Shown here: piece by piece, positions 1-6,300 of the stretch
Numbering within the stretch: position 1 is the stretch's first letter
Layout of the letters: each line of letters starts with the position of its first letter
Assembly (NCBI GenBank): GCA_040770465.1
Contig: JAXGJB010000053.1
Location: 1-12,150, forward strand
Origin: Methanothrix sp.
Lineage (GTDB): Archaea > Halobacteriota > Methanosarcinia > Methanotrichales > Methanotrichaceae
Direction: 5' to 3'
DNA length: 12,150 nucleotides
The notes under the pieces: model-generated
Database searches by the model: none
Told to the model about the DNA's origin: nothing
The model's input: only the letters and a program-made list of their open reading frames with translations
Program-made: the position numbers and the translations under genes

Positions 1-51
1 CCAAAATGAGCCTGGAAAGGCTGAAATAGGGACCCATTTCTAAGAGATTTC

Positions 52-1062
52 ATGGTCCGGAAGCCCCGGAAGGTCGAGACGATCAGGCCGGCAGAAGAGG
101 TTATTGCCCGCCTGGATGCGCTTTACATGGCCTGCCCGAAATGCCCGAGAGAGCCCGCTCTTGATAAGGCCGCGAGCTTCGCGAGGCTCGCCGCGATGGA
201 AGGGCGCCGGCAACGGTGTTCCGGCTGCGGGAGGGCGCCCCTGGACCTGGTGATGGTCGAGGCGATGGAGGTCCTCGTCGACCACAACCTGCGAAGCCGG
301 ACCGACCCCCTCCGGTCGATCGGCTGGCCCCTTGTGGAGGTGGGCTACCCTCTGGCCTACCCGCCGAGGCTGGGGCCAGATGAGCTCATCCTGGTCGGAG
401 AAAACCTGACAAAAGAGGCCGCCGCCGAGATCGTCGAACGAGTCCCGGAAGTCAAGGGCGTCATCCGGGGCGGCGGCGTCCCCGGCGTCGCAGATCTCCG
501 GGCCGCGCCCACCCGCTGGGATCTCCTGGCGGGCTCGGACCTCCGCTGCGACGTCATCAGCTCCCTAATCGGCGAGCTTGTGATCTACAAGCATCAGTCA
601 AAAATACACGTCGAGTTTCCCCGCCAGGCAGCTCCGAAGATGAAGATCCTGGAGGAGCTGTACTTCCGGGGTAAGTTGACCACAATCGCCGACGTCCTCT
701 GCGGCCCCGGGACCCTGGGCCTTGTGGCCGCCCTCGCCGGCGCGGAGCGGGTCGTCCTGAACGACGCCTGGCTTCCGGCGGTGGAGGACGCCATCCTGAA
801 CCTGGAGGCGAACCGGTCGATCCTGGGGATCGAGAAGATCGAGCGTCACAAGACCCCGGCGGGCGAGGTCGGCGCGGAGCCGAGCCTCGTGGCGGAGGCA
901 GAGGGCGAAACTTGCAAAATTGAGGTCTACTTCGGCGATGCCGAGAGGCTATTCTCGCGGGCGGAGCCTGTGGACCTCTGCCTCGTGGACCCCTTTCCTG
1001 GGATGAAGTACGACCGGATCGCCGAGGCGTGCAGGGTCTGCGGTGAGATCGTGATCGTGTAG
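52..1062 (+). CDS. Putative class I SAM-dependent methyltransferase with N-terminal Cys4 (Zn-ribbon-like) region
   Basis: 336-aa ORF with high-GC host-like codon usage. Two CxxC motifs (CPKC, CSGC). Gly-rich SAM-binding motif I variant IADVLCGPGTLG, followed by VVLND (motif II), YFGDA and CLVDPF. Substrate unknown. Confidence 0.75.
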   Translation: MVRKPRKVETIRPAEEVIARLDALYMACPKCPREPALDKAASFARLAAMEGRRQRCSGCGRAPLDLVMVEAMEVLVDHNLRSRTDPLRSIGWPLVEVGYPLAYPPRLGPDELILVGENLTKEAAAEIVERVPEVKGVIRGGGVPGVADLRAAPTRWDLLAGSDLRCDVISSLIGELVIYKHQSKIHVEFPRQAAPKMKILEELYFRGKLTTIADVLCGPGTLGLVAALAGAERVVLNDAWLPAVEDAILNLEANRSILGIEKIERHKTPAGEVGAEPSLVAEAEGETCKIEVYFGDAERLFSRAEPVDLCLVDPFPGMKYDRIAEACRVCGEIVIV

Positions 1063-1066
1063 GAGC

Positions 1067-1450
1067 TCATCGGCGGAGAGATTCCAGGTTATTCCGTACA
1101 ATTTTAGTGGTGGGGTGGTCCTCGCCCAAATTGTTTAGGCATATCTTCAGCCCACATTCCGCACCTTGAGTTTTGAAATTGGTATTTTTACTGCTATCGA
1201 TTTATGATATTAAATTCAATAAATTTAATTTATTAAGCTATTTTAATTTGTTTACGTTGACATTATGTTGATTATTCCTCGCAACGTGACATGATGAGAT
1301 ACCCGCTCAATAGGGAGTCGGCAGTAAGCAGACATAATATTAATGTAGATGAATAGCTAGATTTATAATTATATTAGTGGAATCGCTAGCTAGCAAAATA
1401 TCCGACTTAGGAAGTTAAGGTGCGGAATGTGGGTTCAGGGCCCGCTCGTA
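1067..1450 (-). pseudogene. Orphan TPR C-terminal cap fragment, split by the MITE (segments 1450-1439 and 1150-1067)
   Basis: After removing 1151-1438 (MITE plus one TSD copy), the minus strand reads YERALKICLNNLGEDHPTTKIVRNNLESLRR* (TGA at 1069-1067). It matches the C-terminus of the 3277-6072 protein (YERSLKIFQMRLGDENPYTIAVLNNLESIKR) at 17/31 residues with no gaps. Confidence 0.85.
1151..1433. mobile_element. 283-bp non-autonomous MITE, probably IS1634-related
   Basis: Perfect 17-bp terminal inverted repeats CCCACATTCCGCACCTT (1151-1167) / AAGGTGCGGAATGTGGG (1417-1433). 5-bp direct target duplication TTCAG (1146-1150, 1434-1438). AT-rich non-coding interior. TIR resembles the neighbouring IS ends (CCnnCtTTCCGCA). 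Removal restores an open reading frame. Confidence 0.92.
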
Positions 1451-1474
1451 TATCTGTCTCAAGGTAGCATCAAC

Positions 1475-3196
1475 CCATCTTTCCGCACTAACGGTCCTAT
1501 TTCTAGACATTTTCGCCAGAATTTATAGCGAAGATTTATTAAATATCCCGTTATATCCGATTTTTAGGAGTAGCGAGTATGGAGATAAGGACACTTCCTC
1601 TTGATCATTTAGGTTTAGTTGCAGGTGTATTTGATCAGCTCGATATCGCAGATCTTATCGATAACCGGATTCCAAAGCTCAGAAATCACAATCTTGAGCA
1701 TTCAAAAATCATAAAGGCGATGATCTTAAATGGTCTTGGCTATGTCGGCCAGAGATTATATCTATTCCCAGAATTTTATGAGAAACTCCCCATCGAGAGG
1801 TTACTTGGTAATGGTGTCACCGCAGCAGATCTGAATGACGATGCCCTCGGCAGAACTCTTGATGCGATTTTCGCCTACGGCCCTACTGAACTCTTCAACG
1901 ATATATCTTTGAAGGTAATGAGTCAGCTTGATCTTGGGGTTCAACGGCTTCATGCTGATACTACGAGCTTCAGTGTCCAGGGGAATTACGAGAGTCCCAG
2001 TGGTCGGAACGCTATCGAGATAACCCTTGGCCATTCCAAAGACGGACGGATGGATTTGAAGCAATTCGTGCTGGGATTGGTTACAAACCAGGACGGCATA
2101 CCTCTATTTGCCAAAGCTCATTCCGGAAACGCCTCGGATAAAAACACGATCATGGAATCATTTCTGAAAGTTAAGAAAAGCCTCAACCTTGATGATCCTG
2201 CATATTATATAGCAGATAGTGCGGTCTATAGTGCAAAAAATATTCAACAGCTTGGAACCGAGACGCTCTGGATAACTCGCGTACCAGCAACGTTAACCGA
2301 GTGTAAAACGCTAATTGATAGCGATTTAGGTATGATTCAGTGCTCCGACCCAAGATATAACTGCTATTCAACAACCTCAAACTATGGAGATATATTTCAA
2401 AGATGGGTCGTGTATCAATCTAAGCCGATGATGGAGAGAGCGAAGAAGACTTTCGAAAAGCGGCTCGAAAAAGAAGATCGCATAGCTGAAAGAGAACTGG
2501 CAAAACTCCGCCGTCGAGAGTTCGCCTGTGAAGCAGATGCAAGAAAAGAGGCTGAAATCTGGCTTGGAGAACATCCATTACACAAGTTTAAGGATTTATC
2601 CGTTAGAATCGTCGCCAAAAGATCGGATAAAAAGAGGGGACGACCTAAGAATGGTGAAAAGCTCATTGAAGTTCATTTAATTGAGGCTCAGATAGAATTT
2701 GACGAAGATAAGGTGATAAAAGAAAAATCAAGGCTTGGAAGGTTCATCTTAGCCACAAACGACCTCAATATAGATCCTGATACCATTCTGAGCTATTATA
2801 AGGGGCAACAAGCGGTCGAACAGGGGTTCAGATTCCTGAAAGATAAGAGCTTCCGCGTCTCGGAAGTGTATCTCAAGAAAGAAGAGCGCATTGAGGCTCT
2901 GGCCATGATCATGGTCCTGACTCTCATGATATATTCTATCGCGGAGTGGTTGATAAGAAAGCGAATGCAAGAAACGGGTGAGACAGTGCCAAACCAGCTA
3001 AAGAAGCCTACCCAAAGGCCAACATTCAAATGGATAGCGTTTCTGTTCATGGGTGTAGCTGAAGTAACCATATGGTTGAATGGGGAAATGCATCTATAGA
3101 TAGCGAATCTGAATGATGATCTTATTAAGATTATAAGACTGCTGGGGCGGGACTGCGAAAAATACTATGATTTGGAGCGTTGATGCGGAAAGCCGG
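1475..3196 (+). mobile_element. IS1634-family insertion sequence (1722 bp)
   Basis: Imperfect TIRs CCATCTTTCCGCA (1475-1487) / TGCGGAAAGCCGG (3184-3196), extendable to 17/22 matches. 6-bp target duplication ATCAAC (1469-1474, 3197-3202). Single transposase ORF. GC clearly lower than the flanking host genes. Confidence 0.92.
1579..3099 (+). CDS. IS1634-family DDE transposase; truncated by in-frame TAG at 3097-3099, with the frame continuing to 3183
   Basis: Family motifs LDHLGLVAG, LNDDALGRTLD, LHADTTS (D), GHSKDGRMDLKQ, IADSA (D), GRFILATN and VEQGFRFLK (E). AGGAG RBS at 1566-1570; TATA-like TTTATTAA at 1536-1543. Confidence 0.92.
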   Translation: MEIRTLPLDHLGLVAGVFDQLDIADLIDNRIPKLRNHNLEHSKIIKAMILNGLGYVGQRLYLFPEFYEKLPIERLLGNGVTAADLNDDALGRTLDAIFAYGPTELFNDISLKVMSQLDLGVQRLHADTTSFSVQGNYESPSGRNAIEITLGHSKDGRMDLKQFVLGLVTNQDGIPLFAKAHSGNASDKNTIMESFLKVKKSLNLDDPAYYIADSAVYSAKNIQQLGTETLWITRVPATLTECKTLIDSDLGMIQCSDPRYNCYSTTSNYGDIFQRWVVYQSKPMMERAKKTFEKRLEKEDRIAERELAKLRRREFACEADARKEAEIWLGEHPLHKFKDLSVRIVAKRSDKKRGRPKNGEKLIEVHLIEAQIEFDEDKVIKEKSRLGRFILATNDLNIDPDTILSYYKGQQAVEQGFRFLKDKSFRVSEVYLKKEERIEALAMIMVLTLMIYSIAEWLIRKRMQETGETVPNQLKKPTQRPTFKWIAFLFMGVAEVTIWLNGEMHL

Positions 3197-3276
3197 ATCA
3201 ACCATAGACAGAAGAGTTATAATGGTTTCATGAAATGGTTTTGCGCCAAATGGGATGACATTCTACGCGATAGATG

Positions 3277-6072
3277 CTACAAACGACGCTTAATCGACTC
3301 GAGATTATTTAGCACAGCTATCGTGTAAGGATTTTCATCACCTAAACGCATCTGGAATATCTTCAGGCTTCTCTCGTAATTCTCTTTGGCACCATCGAGG
3401 TCTCGATTCAGCGATAAGATGTTACCGAGGCCATTGAGTGTCGCGGCCATGTCAAGATTATCAGAGTCGGGGCCGAAGAATGCTTCCAGAATTTTCAAAG
3501 CCCTCTGGAAGCTATCTTTGGCACCCCCTAAATCACCTTTTTCGCCTAGGACATTCCCAAGTCCGATGAGCGCCGATGCCACATCAGGATGGTTGGAATT
3601 GGGGCCATAGATCGTCTCATAGATCAATAGAGCCTTATCTAAGGCAGATTTTGCACCATTGAGGTCGTGACTAGCTTGCAATACCATGCCTAAGTTCGTA
3701 AGAGTCAGGGCCATGGCAGGGTGGGGAAAGTCGGGGTAGACATCCTCATAAATCAACAAAGCCTTCTCGTAGCACTCCTTGGCTCCATCAACGTCACCCT
3801 TCTGGACGAGGACATTCCCGAGTCCAACAAACGTCGATGCTACATCAGGATGGCTGGAGTCGAAGCCGTAGATCTCCTTATAGATCGATAGAGCCTTTGC
3901 ATAGCACTCCTTGGCCCCATCGAAGTCGCCTTTTGCAAATAGGACTTCACCAAAACCATGAACTGCCGATGCCACATCGGGGCGGTTGGATTCAGGCCCA
4001 TAGACCTCCTCATAGATCGACAGAGCCCTCCCGTAACTTTTTTCGGCTTCTGCGAGGTTATTGCTAGCTAGCAGGACCGAGCCGAGGTTTATGAGTGCTA
4101 AGGCCACGTCAATGTGATTGGAGTCAGGACCATAGACATCATTGTAAATCGCTATAGCCTTATCAAAACAAGATTTGGCGCCATCTGGATCTCTATTATC
4201 GGATAGGACGGTACCGAGATTCATTAACGTCGATGCCACATCAGGATGGTTGGAGTCATGCCCATAAATTGCTTTTTTGATCTCCAGAGCTTTCTCGTAA
4301 CTAATCTTGGCTTCCTCGAAGTTGCCTTTCTGTCGTAAGACATTACCCAGGTTCCCGAGCACTTTTGCCATACCAGGATGATTGGAGTAGGATCCGTTGA
4401 ATGCTTCAAAAGTCGCCAGAGCCTTATCGAAAGCAACTTTGGAAGCATCGAATTCGGCACGCATTCCTAAATAAATGCCAACCTGGTTCAGAAGGCGACT
4501 GTATGATTCGTGAACATCTTCAAGCCTGACTACATGTTTCGACACGGCCAGAGCATGGGGCAACATGAAAGAGCACTCTGGCCAGGTCTGCGGGTCGTCA
4601 ATGCCTTGAGGAAAGGAGTTGGCCACAAGCAGCACTGCAGCTTCGCCCCATATTTTCCGCTCTTCGTTTGACAATCGATCACGCGTCACGGTCTGGACGA
4701 GCCGATGGACAGAGAGACTTTCGGGAGTCGCGTTTATCAGCGAGTATCGTTGAAGGGTGTCCACTGCCCGATTCACCGCCAGCTTATCAGCCAGCGATTC
4801 CGGAAGATGTCCATTTCCATCGCTGAAGAGCTTTCTGGGGATGTCGTCGGGAGCGAGGAACGCGCAGAGGTTCAAGAGATCCGCACCCACAGCTGCCTCC
4901 TCTTTGACTCGATTCATCGAAACCGTCCAGGCGGTCTCCACCTTCTCCCGATAGCTTTCTGGTTTCTTCTCGTCTTTCCAAAGCTCATTTCGACGGGTTT
5001 GGAAGAGCTCCAGATAATCGGCTAGCGTGATTTTAGTTGCCAGGATGTACGCAGCCGCCTGCTCCAGGGCCAAGGGGAGATCGCCGAGGGCGTCAGCAAG
5101 GGCGTCGGCCCCGCCATGCTGCCCGGTCCGGCTCTGGAGGAACTCGATCGACTCTTCCCGGCTGAAAACGTCGACAAGAAGCGGCTTTGCGGTGCCGCCC
5201 CAGTTCGGGTTTCTGGAGGTGATGATGACGTGACCTCTGCCGGTCCGGGGGAGATAATCTTTCAGATCTTCGGGCTCCTGGGCGTTATCGAAAACGAGGA
5301 GCCAGCCCCCGTTCTGCTCCAGCCAGCACCTAACGGCCTCGACGATGACCCTCTGGTCCTTTGCGTTCTTCTCGGGGAGGTCGAGCCTCGCGGCCAGGCC
5401 CGCGTAATCGGCGGCCAGGGTGGAGGGCTCCTCGGACCGGACCCACCAGACGACCTGGTAATCGTCGGCGTGGCGGTAGGAGTACTCCAGGGCGAGCTGG
5501 GTCTTGCCGACGCCGCCGAGGCCGGTGATGGCAGAGGTCTGGGTGAAGGCGGCGCGCTCTCCGGAGGCGAGGGCTTCGGAGAGGCGGTCGAGCAGGTCCA
5601 CACGGCCGGTGAAGTTGGGGTTGTGGGGGTGCGGTATGTTGTTGATCTTGCCGAGAGTTTTTTCTGCTACAGCTGGTTCTTTTGGGCTGGGATACGTGAT
5701 GTGCACGCCGCCCTCGATACGATCGGACTTTATCGTCGGGCATTGATCGCCAAAAGATATTGCGCTGTCTTTCACATTCTCGACGATGTTACCGCCATCA
5801 TCTGACGGGACTTTTTTGCCCCGTCTCCGGAAAAATGCGTAAAGCACTGTTAGACCAACTAAAATGCCCACTAATTTGTCGACATTATCAAGCAGATCAC
5901 TATCCTCTTTGTCGGGAATATCTGCCTTCGCAATTGGAGCCACTGTTTGATTCGTGCCGTTCTCGCCTCCCTGCGCCTGGGCCAGCGCGGTCGCTGCCAG
6001 AGACAGCATCATCAGCGCCAGGACGATGAGCGGCTTCGGTCTCGTCAGGACTCCTCCAACACTGCCGTTCAA
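3277..6072 (-). CDS. NLR-like STAND NTPase: signal peptide + single TM + NB-ARC + TPR array
   Basis: PNFTGR pre-P-loop motif, Walker A GLGGVGKT (~5500-5523), Walker B WLLVFDNA, sensor-1 VIITSR, GDLPLAL (GxP) and SVHRLVQ (MHD-like). About 9 TPRs follow. The N-terminus has a hydrophobic signal (LIVLALMMLSLAATALA) and a TM (LVGILVGLTVLYAFF) followed by RRRGKK. The TTG start is uncertain; a downstream ATG is possible. Confidence 0.9.
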   Translation of the reverse strand: MNGSVGGVLTRPKPLIVLALMMLSLAATALAQAQGGENGTNQTVAPIAKADIPDKEDSDLLDNVDKLVGILVGLTVLYAFFRRRGKKVPSDDGGNIVENVKDSAISFGDQCPTIKSDRIEGGVHITYPSPKEPAVAEKTLGKINNIPHPHNPNFTGRVDLLDRLSEALASGERAAFTQTSAITGLGGVGKTQLALEYSYRHADDYQVVWWVRSEEPSTLAADYAGLAARLDLPEKNAKDQRVIVEAVRCWLEQNGGWLLVFDNAQEPEDLKDYLPRTGRGHVIITSRNPNWGGTAKPLLVDVFSREESIEFLQSRTGQHGGADALADALGDLPLALEQAAAYILATKITLADYLELFQTRRNELWKDEKKPESYREKVETAWTVSMNRVKEEAAVGADLLNLCAFLAPDDIPRKLFSDGNGHLPESLADKLAVNRAVDTLQRYSLINATPESLSVHRLVQTVTRDRLSNEERKIWGEAAVLLVANSFPQGIDDPQTWPECSFMLPHALAVSKHVVRLEDVHESYSRLLNQVGIYLGMRAEFDASKVAFDKALATFEAFNGSYSNHPGMAKVLGNLGNVLRQKGNFEEAKISYEKALEIKKAIYGHDSNHPDVASTLMNLGTVLSDNRDPDGAKSCFDKAIAIYNDVYGPDSNHIDVALALINLGSVLLASNNLAEAEKSYGRALSIYEEVYGPESNRPDVASAVHGFGEVLFAKGDFDGAKECYAKALSIYKEIYGFDSSHPDVASTFVGLGNVLVQKGDVDGAKECYEKALLIYEDVYPDFPHPAMALTLTNLGMVLQASHDLNGAKSALDKALLIYETIYGPNSNHPDVASALIGLGNVLGEKGDLGGAKDSFQRALKILEAFFGPDSDNLDMAATLNGLGNILSLNRDLDGAKENYERSLKIFQMRLGDENPYTIAVLNNLESIKRRL
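3280..4512 (-). repeat. Intragenic TPR tandem array, ~9 units of mostly 44 aa (132 bp)
   Basis: Consensus HPDVAxxLxNLGxVLxxxGDxxGAKxxYxKALxIYxxxYGPDSN. An identical 24-mer CGATGCCACATCAGGATGGTTGGA occurs at 3574-3597 and 4231-4254, 657 bp (5 units) apart. Confidence 0.9.
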
Positions 6073-6149
6073 TCCTCAATCTACAAAAAGCTTATGTAAG
6101 TTCCTCAAGCTTCCGATCGCCCCGCCCATCACCGCCGCCGAGGGCGAGC

Positions 6150-6248
6150 CGGATCGTCACGAACGACACCTGACTCCCGGCGGAGGAGAACGCCATCCTC
6201 AACCTGGAGGCGAACCGGTCAGTTCTGGGGATCGAGAAGATCGAGCGG
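6150..6248 (+). pseudogene. Decayed internal fragment of the 52-1062 methyltransferase gene (direct repeat of 748-846)
   Basis: 86/99 nt identical by hand alignment, no gaps. Translates RIVTNDT*LPAEENAILNLEANRSVLGIEKIER versus RVVLNDAWLPAVEDAILNLEANRSILGIEKIER, with TGG changed to TGA at 6171-6173. Confidence 0.9.
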
Positions 6249-6300
6249 CTGGGGGAAAATAAATTAAGCCGATAGTCCCGATTTTCCTCGGGATGTAGAA

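Noticed and set aside
1-29. Possible 3' end of an upstream plus-strand gene (KMSLERLK*)
   Set aside because: Only 8 codons are visible, which cannot be distinguished from chance.
1098-1134. ACAATTT/AAATTGT inverted repeat as a terminator hairpin
   Set aside because: Short, and the region is better explained as relic TPR coding sequence.
3280-4512. CRISPR array or DGR template/variable repeat interpretation of the periodic DNA repeats
   Set aside because: The repeats are in-frame TPR units with 132-bp period. There are no unique spacers, no cas or reverse transcriptase gene, and no adenine-specific mismatch pattern.
5116-5805. 229-aa plus-strand ORF and other ORFs overlapping the NLR
   Set aside because: Antisense or alternate-frame shadows of a GC-rich coding block, with no recognisable motifs.
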